DNA of 64,000 bases from contig NW_025964223.1 in assembly GCF_023055435.1 (NCBI RefSeq), positions 38,750,001 through 38,814,000 on the forward strand, given 5' to 3'. Of this stretch, positions 49,752 through 62,873 are shown in pieces. A program made the translations under genes and the position numbers. The notes beneath the pieces are model-generated. The model was not told the DNA's origin. It did no database searches and saw nothing but the letters and a program-made list of their open reading frames with translations. The stretch comes from Haliotis rufescens. Its lineage: Eukaryota. Each line of letters begins with the position of its first letter. Within the stretch, counting starts at the first letter, position 1.

Positions 49752-51609
49752 ACGTAATCGACACTGATTATTCTCTGGCATTGGCGTTTCATATTTCAGA
49801 AACTCATCAGCTCAAAACTCATAATACTATTCCTTTAAATAATTCTAATCATCGCTTCCTTTTATATTCGCAAACTGTTATTTGAGATACTCGTTGTAAT
49901 TACCCGAAACATCCCATAATAGGTGAATATCATCAACATCTCTCCACTTGTTCCTGCATGTACATTTAATATTCTGTAGGTGTCCGCAAAATAACACAGA
50001 CCTGGGCAAGCCGAGCAGAACTAGAAATGTATGCTCGTGTCTACACAGAGCTAATAAAAAATAATGAATTTCTATCACCATGCATCTTCCCGAGGCAAGG
50101 GCGTTAACTGACCATGCAAAGTCCAGTTTCCACCCTTTAGCCGAACTAGACAACATGCAGATTTCAGTGGAATGAAGGATTGCAAAGCATGTGCACGCCA
50201 TCTGGGCGTCGACTGATATTTTGCAAATCTTTTCATGTTCTCTCATGGTGTAATTTGATGCACTTCGCTAGGTTTATGCCCGTTTCCTTACAATATAGAA
50301 CCTGTTATATACAACCAAACACCTTGCTCACTCATATACGTATACTAACAGCAGTCGTGGTGACTAGGTAACACGGCTGATAAACGGACATGCACAGTTT
50401 GCTCCCTCTTGCTTCGGTATGTCGCTGACATGTTTCGTAGTGAATCCTGCATCTCCAGTACAATAAACCTCTCCTGCCTTTATCTTGCTGATTGTATACA
50501 CGAAACCACCATCACACAAATAACTACAACCTCAGGGCGTGGGAAAAGTGGGTGAGTGAGTATGGTTTTACGCCGCTTTTAGCAATATTCCAGCAATATC
50601 ACGGCGGGGGTCACCAGAAATGGGCTTCACACATTGTACCAATGTCGGGGATTGAACCCGGGTCTTCGGCGTGACGAGCAAACGCTTTAACCACCAGGCT
50701 TTTAACCACCGCCCAGGGCGTGGGAAGACATGTCGAATGAGATGCACATAACTTCAGCAAATTATATGTATAGGGGAAAACACGCCTCCGAGGTTTGGGT
50801 TGAAAACTTAGGGGTAGTGTTTTCCCTGGCTGGAAGTGAAAATTAAGTTTTGCTTCTGCTATTTAATTCATTCCAAACTGTATAATGTCCCTTTGAATCA
50901 GGTAATATCCTAATAGATCATGTTCCCCTGCCAAGTTGATGTACATAACTCTTACTAACAAACTTTCTGTCCCTATCATCTTGAAAAGTGTCTGGAAATG
51001 GTGTAATCTATTCCGGTAGATAGAAATATTAGAACGTTGAAGATAACGTTACAAGATCTTGGTATATTATTATTCGACCACTCTTCCTCCACGAACTGAT
51101 CCGAACGCTAGCATCAACATAATGATTTTGATGAAGTTTGCATTTCAAAATCATTTAGCAAAAGTCATATCACGAAGGGCAAAATGAGAAATGACTTGTT
51201 TATAGTTCTGGATTCAAACTAGGACCTTCGGCTCGTAACCAACAATTCGGCCACCATGTTACATATAGGACTCTTTCATTGACAATAATATCTCTACACG
51301 GTTTAGCACAAAATTCCAATCTGTATAAGATATAATTATGTCATTGATGTTTTAAGTGTAAGCACGTAAAGTGATCTCCATCGACCAGAACGACGAGAGG
51401 ACACAAGGAATTAACATAATTGACACTAAATATAGAACTGGACAAACACAAGTAACCCGCAGATAATTGACTATTTCAAGATTTTAGTTTAAGTTAAAAT
51501 CAAAACACGATCAAAACAGTCAATAGTTTTAACAATGCAAATTTATTGACCGATGTTTACACATGTGCACACAATGTGCTAACCGAGGCAGGAAACATGA
51601 ACCGTGGAA

Positions 51610-54600
51610 CTATTCCCTCATCATAGACTCTTCCAGAGACCGCGCAAAGTCAGCATCTGAAATGATATCAACATATAAAGTGGTCATAACTCTATGGCAT
51701 TTAAGTCATTGTATAGCCTATAGGAATAAGTGTCAGCACATCAGACTTTATTGTCTTTTTTAGGAATCATGCCGACGGGTACGATGACACGCAACAGATC
51801 AAGTCACCTATCCTGCCCAGCCGACCTATTTTGTTGCCTCCTACGACAAGCATATGTAATATATGTGACAATAATTTTTTTTAATTACATGTGTACAACT
51901 TAAATATTGGTATTTTTAGTTGAAACAGGTCTTATACGTTACGTACAATCCCCGGCATAATGTATTATGGGACGATACTTCTGTATACCCTTATCTATCC
52001 GAGTTGTGGATACGTCGGTCGATTGTACGATTCTTCCTGGTAAATATTTGTTTGATGCTAAATGGTTTTTTCAGTAGATTCAGCTTGAACAGTGAAACAT
52101 TGAATTTTGATTGCCGTTAGATCACGACGTGTCAGCTTGATGTGGGGCGTTTACTTCTTTGATGTAAACTCACGAAATACACATGACTAATCTGTGATTG
52201 GCATCCACAATTACAGGACTGAGTCACGCCAGAGCTTATCAACTGGTCACAGCGAATTGCGGATCACACGACAACTATCGGGGTCACTCCGTAGAGAAAC
52301 AAGTTCTTGTGTTGGAAGGATTTTGTGGAAAATGGGGATTTCTACACGAGTGTCTGTCGGATACCATTGATCTTACACTTAACGAGTTGTTTCAAAACGT
52401 ATCCAACGAGCGAAAGCGTCGTCGTTGTGCGTGATTTAGCGTCAGTCATGGCGTCACACAGGACGGAAACTTTAACGGTTTCTGTTGAATTCACCACATC
52501 ATTGCAATGTATATATTTGAAATTCCATAATTAATGCAACGATACTCTTCCCATGAATATTCTCAAACGCGTGACCGAGCCAAGGTATGCAACAATTAGA
52601 CGACATTACCTCCACAAATGCTACACAGTATAAAATCTGAATATTACTTTGTTTACATATCCGCAAGTACGGTTTTCCGAGCACAGTGTTCGTTTCCACA
52701 CCTAATTTATTTCCCATGATTTCATCTAGATAATTTGCATTGGTGACAAAGTCCATTTGTCATTTATTTCTAAAGTGTATGAGGAATTCAGGGATGTATA
52801 TATAGCAGTTGAGTTTGAAATATACCTGATCGAGTAGGCGTCTCATAACCGGCATTTTGTAAACACAATATGGCAGAACGTACACTTCGGCGTTAGTGTA
52901 TGTGCCTTTTCCAAAACATTCTAAAGGATTCTAGGCTCATCTGCGACGTTTCAGAATTATCATGAATGATTTGATACCCGTGATCACTAATATGCTATTT
53001 TTCTACTTAAATTATTCGAGTAAATATCCGATATTTAGATTTATAAGCACATAGTAAATAACGCTGTGAATTGTGATTTGGCGAGATTTACGATGTACCT
53101 AATTTTTCAGAGGTCACTTTCAGTAATTTGACTTTGCCCCAAATGACAGTAAATGATAAACAGAAGGGGGAATTCGAAACTGTGAAGAGTATTAGTTTGC
53201 GTGATGTATTTGGAATTTTATTCGTCTTCGAAGTGGGTGTTGAAGAGGAGGGACATATGTATCGCTGTGGCTCCAAAAAAGTTAACGTTGACATAACAAC
53301 AGATATTGTAGCTGTTAATAATAACAAACAAACTCGCAGACAAGGACGAGTTCGATCTCACACATATGTTTGATACCAGTTATCTAAAATGGGTTTCTCA
53401 CCCACAGGTGTGTAAGAAATCATTACATCACAACTTAGATGGGATTCCCGGGATACCCGCATGTCCAGGGTAGCATAGGTAAAATTTTAATCCAGGCATA
53501 CCTAATTATAATCCGTGACATTAATACAGAAACAAGATGAATACATACCCCTGTCTGTGAGTTTCAAGATGTTGTTTAGGCTTTCTTCAAATTCACCGAG
53601 ACTCACGGTGGCATCACCTTTTGTCAAACATAAGATTATTAATAATTTTACATCACTTCAAATCAACGTGTATGTTCCACAGATACGGAACTGGGGTTTT
53701 GTTACTGATGAAACAGAGGATATTTCCTGTGTCGAGTTTTAAACAGAGTTCAAAACATATTCTTGAAAGCTGCAGGACCGCTGTTAGAAACGAAGAAATA
53801 CTTGCTGGTCAAGTAACAAAATGGCGCTTTGCTAAACGAACAGTCTCGATTGACGAGTCAAATGAGAAATTTACAGCTCATAACGAAACATCTCCGAGAG
53901 AATAACAAACAACAAGAAGCGATATTAATTCCATAAATGACCATCTGTCATTATTTTGTCTTGTCAATGTGGAACCGTCAAAGTGTAATGTTCACTGCAA
54001 TGAAAATATCCCCTTTCTCAACTTCAGAAAACATTGTATATAGGTATATGATAATTATGTTCATGAACGTAAATCAAAATGTGATATTTGTACTTGAAGG
54101 GGCATTTACCCATCATGTCTGTAAGACAATTGTAAATCATGCGGTGTTATTCGATGGTTCCATGTAAAAGAAATATATGAGTAATATTTTATCTGACCAA
54201 TGACGATAAATGTTCATATATTCCGCTACAGTGGTGTACAACTGGACAAAATATACCCCGCTGTCATGGCAACATACGTTTTGGTGATAACTCTGTTATC
54301 TCTTCAACTCAAGCTACTTACTGGGAAACAGCGTCGCATCTTACTCTCCGTTTGTTTTTAAATTCTGATAAATGATAAGCATGACGGTAAGGTAAGTCGT
54401 TGTCGGCGTATCCCTCGTGGAATACAGTTCGATGTACTCTCTGGGCGGCCGTATATACCTTGTGATAAGCTTACCACTTATAATACACTCACCATAACGC
54501 TACTGACTACGACTACGAATGTGTACGTACCATCTGTATCAGCCAAACTCAAGAACTCCTCAGCGTCCCGAGCTTCGAATATCTTCTCTGCCTCTGATTG

Positions 54601-55257
54601 GTCAATCTGTCCGTCCTCATTCAGATCATAACTTTCAGTGTCACGCTTTCCTTCTGATGTAAAAGAAGGAGTCTTTCACATAATGTTTATGAATAGATAC
54701 GGTAAATAATTTTATAATAATGACACTTTACACGATCACAATGCAGATCCGATAAATTGTTAAAGGGGTGCAGGTTCGGATCAACTGGCAATCCCAGCAA
54801 ATGTGATTCCAGTCATCCAGCACACTTACTTTAAAATACCAGTTCACAATACATTGTGTGTATCAGTCATGATCTCAACTACTCGGACAGAATGTCACAG
54901 TTTGAAATTTACAATTCATCATGAAAATCTGGACCTTGCCTGGCCTGATTGAGTCAACTGTGTTCAATATATGTAGTGTACATAATACACAGATTTTCCA
55001 ATTACGCTAAATGCGATTCATGTTTAATTTATGGCATATTTTACGACAAAACTTAAAACAAAAACATATTTTCAAATACACGTCATAAGCTTCATGATGA
55101 ATATGTCATTACTTATAATGGCTTCTGCTATAGGCAGGACTGTGCGCACAACCCTGATAACTCTTGGGACTCGGATACGAATCCTGAGCCATCGGCGACG
55201 AGCGTCGACATCTTGCAGCACCAGAACTGCCACTAGGAACAACAACGCCAGACGCAT
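51610..55257 (-). CDS. Secreted cationic peptide precursor, copy B (127 aa): mature RRRWLRIRIRVPRVIRVVRTVLPIAEAIIK / GKR / acidic EF-hand propeptide. Coding exons 55257-55113, 54653-54531, 53617-53549, 51656-51610
   Basis: Same exon sizes as copy A (145/123/69/47), GT-AG, open frame. Differs from A by TALIG->EAIIK and by N->D after KR. Confidence 0.85.
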
Positions 55258-56141
55258 CTGTGGAGATCAACAATATCGGGGGTGAGCTACGAGGCCCTGA
55301 ACAACATGAAGACCTGATAAATAATAATCAGTTTAACTATGGCTTCCCAACATAGACACACACATCTTACATTGACTCCTTGCCATTTTCGTGGTGGTAG
55401 GGCTGGGGGTTTTGAGGAGTGCGGTTGTTTGCGGGTGGGAAGAGGGTGATCACTGCAAATGCAAATGTTCCAGGGACGGCATTACCAGGTTACATGTATA
55501 CAGTGGGCGATAAGGCAGCCAACTTGACAAAACGAATACCGGCGTTAGATTCTCCGCTAGTGACCGGGTTGTTATTTAGCCTTGGGATCAACAACGTTTA
55601 CAGGTCTTTACAATGTGATCACCACCCCTAGAGTATAGTACATTCACTCTACGCAGTCAACATAACCAACTCGTCCGATGGTAGTTGACCATTTGGTGGA
55701 AACACGAACATACGAACATAGACCAGAAACACAAGTGAGAAAACGTGTGGTGTCACCCTGGGCAAGTAACTTATTTCAAATGTGCCAGGGAATGGGTACC
55801 CGATATGTGATGTACAACGTGGATGTAAAAACTCTCTAGCCTAGGCTGTATACTCCTAAGGGAGTTGACAATGACAGCCGGCATGCAAAATAGGCGGGAA
55901 ACAAATATAACAGCATTTAAGCAGATACTAGTATCTGGATACCTGCGATATATAAATGTGTTATATAATAATATTATGATAACAATATATATTAGAGATG
56001 CATACACACGTTGATATTAACATTAGGAATTTTAGAGACAATATTATATATCATAAATCATTATTATCATCGGGTTATAAGGAGTATGTACACAAGGGCA
56101 CGAGTAGGCAAGTAGATGGTTGATCTTGAGTGTCATGGCAC

Positions 56142-56867
56142 NNNNNNNNNNNNNNNNNNNNNNNNNNNNNNNNNNNNNNNNNNNNNNNNNNNNNNNNNNN
56201 NNNNNNNNNNNNNNNNNNNNNNNNNNNNNNNNNNNNNNNNNNNNNNNNNNNNNNNNNNNNNNNNNNNNNNNNNNNNNNNNNNNNNNNNNNNNNNNNNNNN
56301 NNNNNNNNNNNNNNNNNNNNNNNNNNNNNNNNNNNNNNNNNNNNNNNNNNNNNNNNNNNNNNNNNNNNNNNNNNNNNNNNNNNNNNNNNNNNNNNNNNNN
56401 NNNNNNNNNNNNNNNNNNNNNNNNNNNNNNNNNNNNNNNNNNNNNNNNNNNNNNNNNNNNNNNNNNNNNNNNNNNNNNNNNNNNNNNNNNNNNNNNNNNN
56501 NNNNNNNNNNNNNNNNNNNNNNNNNNNNNNNNNNNNNNNNNNNNNNNNNNNNNNNNNNNNNNNNNNNNNNNNNNNNNNNNNNNNNNNNNNNNNNNNNNNN
56601 NNNNNNNNNNNNNNNNNNNNNNNNNNNNNNNNNNNNNNNNNNNNNNNNNNNNNNNNNNNNNNNNNNNNNNNNNNNNNNNNNNNNNNNNNNNNNNNNNNNN
56701 NNNNNNNNNNNNNNNNNNNNNNNNNNNNNNNNNNNNNNNNNNNNNNNNNNNNNNNNNNNNNNNNNNNNNNNNNNNNNNNNNNNNNNNNNNNNNNNNNNNN
56801 NNNNNNNNNNNNNNNNNNNNNNNNNNNNNNNNNNNNNNNNNNNNNNNNNNNNNNNNNNNNNNNNNNN
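56142..56867. other. Assembly gap in intron 1 of copy B
   Basis: N run at the position homologous to the copy A gap. Confidence 1.
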
Positions 56868-57159
56868 CATGTAAAAAGCACAATATTCCACACTACTGAG
56901 GGGTATGTCAAAAGTTCATGACACTATACTAGCATCTTCAGCTCCCTGGGGAGTATACAAACCACACTGCCTGTTTGGCACTTGAATGTTTCGAAGTTCA
57001 CAAACCCATAACAAACCCACGAACAACACGTTACAACGCTAACTACATTGACTTATTTTATGTACACTCGCCCTTCGTTGTTGGAAATGAGAACTTTCAG
57101 GTTAACACACTACAAAACACGTCGACGTACGGGTACCCCAAATAAACATAGTAACTCAC

Positions 57160-57212
57160 CTTGTAGAATCGAATGAAGAGATAAATCTGCATTATACCTG
57201 TCTCCTTATATA
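57160..57212 (-). promoter_or_regulatory. Predicted TATA box (57212-57206) and non-coding exon 1 ending at 57160 for copy B
   Basis: Identical to 45945-45997. Confidence 0.65.
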
Positions 57213-60200
57213 CGTATGTGATTCAGGATGCAGACAAGCTGTCGATGTATCCGACTATGGTCGTGTGTCGCCTCTCCGTACAGGTGTCAGAAAACATAAC
57301 AAACTCTCCTTTTAACAAACAAACCCTCCTGTTGCTGTCACGTCCATTGACGCTTCCAATCACATGATATTGTTATTGAATTGGAAATGATATATTGTTA
57401 CACATACATGTAGCTGAATATATAAAAATGCAATACTTTCAAACAAGTATTTAAACTAAAAAACAAAAATGTGTTTGAGGGTCTAAGCCAATATTTATCT
57501 CATCGTACGTGTGACCTGACAAAGATGATATCATATTGACTTTCGAGATATCATACATGTATGTTCTACACATAAATATATGTATAGAGTATTAGTTACA
57601 TGAAACATGATATTACAGACATAATATTTCATATTGTTTAATGTAGTCATTTCACATTGTACACCTTCTAGCACATGAGCATGTGAGTTGTTTAGTCTAC
57701 TCTGTCACTAAAGGACGGGGCACCGGAACATGTTTAGGATCAATTATGAAATACCTGAGTACACTCATTTTTCAGTTGCTCATAACTCAGTGGCATATGT
57801 ATTGATAATACTAGCCAATGAAATATAATTCTTTGAGCGAAACCTGAGAACTAGGTTTTATTTTTCAAATTCGTTTTGGAGAGGCACCTTTTCCCTCCGA
57901 CGATAATTCTTCTCCGCTTGGTTGATGCATGTCATCGATCCCAATTGCGTGGATCGATGCTCATGACATCAATAACCGGATTGTCTTGCCAGACTCGATT
58001 ATTTACAGTCCGCCGCTATATGGCTGAAATATTGCTGAGTGCGGCGTTAAACAACAAACAAACACACTTCTCCGCTTTCTCCACGAAGTTCAATCAGATA
58101 AATAACATATATAACTGTATTGACATTTTCTTTTCTGAATACATTCATTACCAAATCGTAAAACTGTATTTTAACAAACTGCCTCAGCAAATTACAGTTT
58201 GATTTATTCGCGAAAATAATAATCTGGTTAATTCAGACGATACCAAGTTTTCATTTGAGACAAGTGTGTATCTAGTGGTGGCATTAATAAAAATCATAAA
58301 CAAGACTGAGTGAGAGTCTAGCGACACTTTGAACAGTATGTCAGTTGTATAACCATTTTTATGTGAGAGGAAATCCCGAAGTGAGTGAGCGAGTAGGGTT
58401 TTACGCTGCTTTTAGCAATATTCCAGCAATATCACGGCAGGAGACATCAGAAATGGGTTTCACAAATTGTACCCATGTGGGGAATCGAACCCGTGACTTC
58501 GGCTTGACGAGCGAACGCTTTAACCACTAGGCTACCCAACAGCCCTAACCCGAAGTGATGCGGGTCTCAGACGTTGGTGAATCCAACGAGTATGGATGAC
58601 TTCAACAGATTCCTGTATCCATCGGACATAAATGTAATGGTATGATGACCGTCAACATTCGCTTGTGAGGAAAGTTATGAAAATGAAAACAGTCTCTTCA
58701 TTACCATTCATTCATACTTTTGTTTTCAAATGTGATGCTGAAGCCTATTGTGAGCAGCATATATGTCTTGCACATGGTTATTGTGTTTCTGTCTGTCTGT
58801 CTGTCTGTCTGCAACTGGCATACATTATGTCACGCACTATACAGTATCAAATAAAGCACAAAAGATACCTGGGCGTTTAAGGGCTCTCACACGATGTTAT
58901 ATAATGATCTTGAATATCCATTTCCATTGAAAAATTACAAAGGGCTGTAAATAAAATTAAATCAAATTCAATCAATCTGTTTAATGAGACAATAATTATT
59001 TCTCATATCCTTATAATCAGGTAATCTCAAAGTATTTCAAAACTAAGCAAAGTGCTGATTAACCCTTTTCGCGAACACATGGTGTCGTCATTGATTTTCC
59101 GAACTGTTGTGTTATTGGCCGTTCCAACCGACGTGAGATGTGACTGTAGAGTAGGTCCCTGTCTTTGTTTGGTTAACGGTATTGTGTAGGGAGTGTCTGA
59201 TTGAACACTGTCGTGTCAAAGACAATTCTCGTACATCAAACATTACAGCTGATGCTGACACTTATAGGTTCAACAGATGGTTGTATCCTGGACCAATCCT
59301 TCACAATACTGGTCAACATTCATCTCGCCAACAATGCACTTCATGAACCTTCAGTCATTGTAGGGCGGTGGGGTAGCCTAGTGGTTAAAGCGTTCGATCG
59401 TCACGCCGAAGACCAGATTCCCTACTTTGGTATATTGTGTGAAGCCCTTTTCTGGTGTCCCCCGCCGTGATATTGCTAGAATATTGCGTTTTGCGGCGTA
59501 AAACCTTACTAACTCACTCAGTCATGATGTCTCTGCATATGTTCTTGTACTCAGTTGAACCCTGTATATATTCCGAGTTGGAATAGCCCCCCGCAACTTG
59601 TGCTGGAAATAAGATTTGTTTTTTTTGTTTGTTGTTAAATGCCCCACTCAGCAATATTCCAGCTATATGACGGCGGTCTGAAAAAAATCGAGTCTGGACC
59701 GGACATCATGAGCATCAATCCACGCAACTGGGATACGATGACATGCATGAACTAAGTCAACGAACCTGACCACCCGATCCCGTTAGTCGTCTCTTACGAC
59801 AAGCACAGTCGCCTTTTACGGCAAGCATGGGTTGCTGAAAACATAAACATGTATTCTACCCCGGATCCTCACGGGTCTGGAAATAAAAGGCGACTATATA
59901 GATCGAGTGGTCAGACTCGATGACGTGGTTGACTGTGTACAGAAACAAAACAGTGGATTCCATTGGATTTTCAGTGGGATGCAACGGAAATTGTACACGT
60001 GAGACGTAATTCAAAATTAACATATATCGCTTTTAGTTTCAACGAAATCACTAAACGCGCTGTCGTGTCACTGTAGTTTCTGGTCCACTACGTCACAGAG
60101 CGTCTGGTTGCATGGCGGGAGAACTGCTGTGCGGCGGCAGACAACAAACAAACAGTTCTCCTTTTAGGCAAATCGTGTGAGTGGCGGGTGGTACCTGTAG

Positions 60201-61758
60201 TGCAGGGCCAGGTAACACCTGTGTCATCGCTGTGACGTCGTTCTATTGTTTGAACACTCCATTTTTTTCAGGAATGGAGAGTTGTTTGTCAACTATACAT
60301 TATCTTGAATCAACATTTAAATGACTTCAACTTGGAACAGACGGAACTATTTTTTTACATTTATTGACAAGTGAATAATTTCATTTTTTCGGAAAACATG
60401 TGTCGCCAGGCGGGGTTCGAATCCGCATTGTTTGATCTGAGGTCGTGTCATTGTCAACCTCAGCTAGGGCGGCACATGAAGGTATGGTGTGAAATTAACT
60501 AATAAATATTTTCATAATTTTGCATAATGCTTAAAAGCTAGTATATATTCTGTGTTAGAGCAGGTTACCTACAAAAATGTTTATAGTTATATCAATTAAA
60601 TCAATTAGATCAATAAATAATAGTTCAGGACACACCGAGATTATGAAGAGCCGTGTACCATGCATTGTAAATGTTAGCTCGCGACGTAGCTTGGTGCACG
60701 TGCAACAGCGACAGAGAACGTATTCCTCGTGCATCACACAGTATAAATACAGACGACAAAGAGTTCTGGTTTATTTTTCAAATATTTTCCACAACAGAAT
60801 ATTTTGTCAAAGTGTAAAAGTAGGGATGAGTTTTAAGTAGGGGAATTTCCTCGTAACTCTCCATTCTTTAAAAACAATGGTCCTCGGCCCCTCCGGTGCC
60901 TCTGCTCCATTATTTTTAAGGAATGGAGAGTCACTCGAACATTCCCCTCTACGTAATCGACACTGATTATTCTCTGGCATTGGCGTTTCATATTTCAGAA
61001 ACTCATCAACTCAAAACTCATAATACTATTCCTTTAAATAATTCTAATCATCGCTTCCTTTTATATTCGCAAACTGTTATTTGAGATACTCGTTGTAATT
61101 ACCCGAAACATCCCATAATAGGTGAATATCATCAACATCTCTCCACTTGTTCCTGCATGTACATTTAATATTCTGTAGGTGTCCGCAAAATAACACAGAC
61201 CTGGGCAAGCCGAGCAGAACTAGAAATGTATGCTCGTGTCTACACAGAGCTAATAAAAAATAATGAATTTCTATCACCATGCATCTTCCCGAGGCAAGGG
61301 CGTTAACTGACCATGCAAAGTCAAGTTTCCACCCTTTAGCCGAACTAGACAACATGCAGATTTCAGTGGAATGAAGGATTGCAAAGCATGTGCACGCCAT
61401 CTGGGCGTCGACTGATATTTTGCAAATCTTTTCATGTTCTCTCATGGTGTAATTTGATGCACTTCGCAAGGTTTATGCCCGTTTCCTTACAATATAGAAT
61501 CTGTTATATACTCTTATAATTACAACCAAACACCTTGCTCACTCATATACGTATAATAACAGCAGTCGTGGTGACTAGGTAACACGGCTGATAAACTGAC
61601 ATGCACAGTTTGCTCCCTCTTGCTTCGGTATGTCGCTGACATGTTTCGTAGTGAATCCTGCATCTCCAGTACAATAAACCTCTCCTTCCTTTATCTTTCT
61701 GATTGTATACACGAAACCACCATCACACAAATAACTACAACCTCAGGGCGTGGGAAGA

Positions 61759-61922
61759 GTGGGTGAGTGAGTATGGTTTTACGCCGCTTTTAGCAATATT
61801 CCAGTAATATCACGGCGGGGGTCACCAGAAATGGGCTTCACACATTGTACCCATGTCGGGGATTCAACCCGGGTCTTCGGCGTGACGAGCAAACGCTTTA
61901 ACCACCAGGCTATCCGACCGCC
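61759..61922 (-). mobile_element. tRNA-derived SINE with 15-bp TSD
   Basis: TSD cagggcgtgggaaga at 61744 and 61923; the duplicate insertion is at 50549-50713. Confidence 0.85.
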
Positions 61923-62826
61923 CAGGGCGTGGGAAGACATGTTGAATGAGATGCACATAACTTCAGCAAATTATATGTATAGGGGAAAACACGCCTCCGA
62001 GGTTTGGGTTGAAAACTTAGGGGTAGTGTTTTCCCTGGCTGGAAGTGAAAATTAAGTTATGCTTCTGCTATTTAATTCATTCCAAACTGTATAATGTCCC
62101 TTTGAATCAGGTAATATCCTAATAGATCATGTTCCCCTGCCAAGTTGATGTACATAACTGTTACTAACAAACTTTCTGTCCCTATCATCTTGAAAAGTGT
62201 CTGGAAATGGTGTAATCTATTCCGGTAGATAGAAATATCAGAACGTTGAAGATAACGTTACAAGATCTTGGTATATTATTATTCGACCACTCTTCCTCCA
62301 CGAACTGATCCGAACCCTAGCATCAACATAATGATTTTGATGAAGTTTGCATTTCAAAATCATTTAGCAAAAGTCATATCACGAAGGGCAAAATGAGAAA
62401 TGACTTCCAAACTTGTTTATAGTTCTGGATTCAAACTAGGACCTTCGGCTCGTAACCAACAATTTGGCCATCATGTTACATATAGGACTCTTTCATTGAC
62501 AATAATATCTCTACACGGTTTAGCACAAAATTCCAATCTGTATAAGATATAATTATGTCATTGATGTTTTAAGTGTAAGCACGTAAAGTGATCTCCATCG
62601 ACCAGAACGACGAGAGGACAGAAGGAATTAACATAATTGACACTAAATATAGAACTGGACAAACACAAGTAACCCGCAGATAATTGACTATTTCAAGATT
62701 TTAGTTTAAGTTAAAATCAAAACACGATCAAAACAGTCAATAGTTTTAACAATGCAAATTTATTGACCGATGTTTACACATGTGCACCCAATGTGCTAAC
62801 CGAGGCAGGAAACATGAACCGTGGAA

Positions 62827-62873
62827 CTATTCCCTCATCATAGACTCTTCCAGAGACCGCGCAAAGTCAGCAT
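62827..62873 (-). CDS. Last coding exon (DADFARSLEESMMRE*) of peptide precursor copy C; the rest lies beyond the right edge
   Basis: Identical to the terminal exons of A and B, with the tttcag acceptor and downstream AATAAA. Confidence 0.8.

Larger units (their letters stand above)
43758..52783. repeat. Recent tandem segmental duplication: 43758-52783 matches 55126-64000 (unit about 11.2 kb)
   Basis: Near-identical sequence with scattered SNPs and small indels; offset 11368 before the gap and about 11215 after it. Confidence 0.92.
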
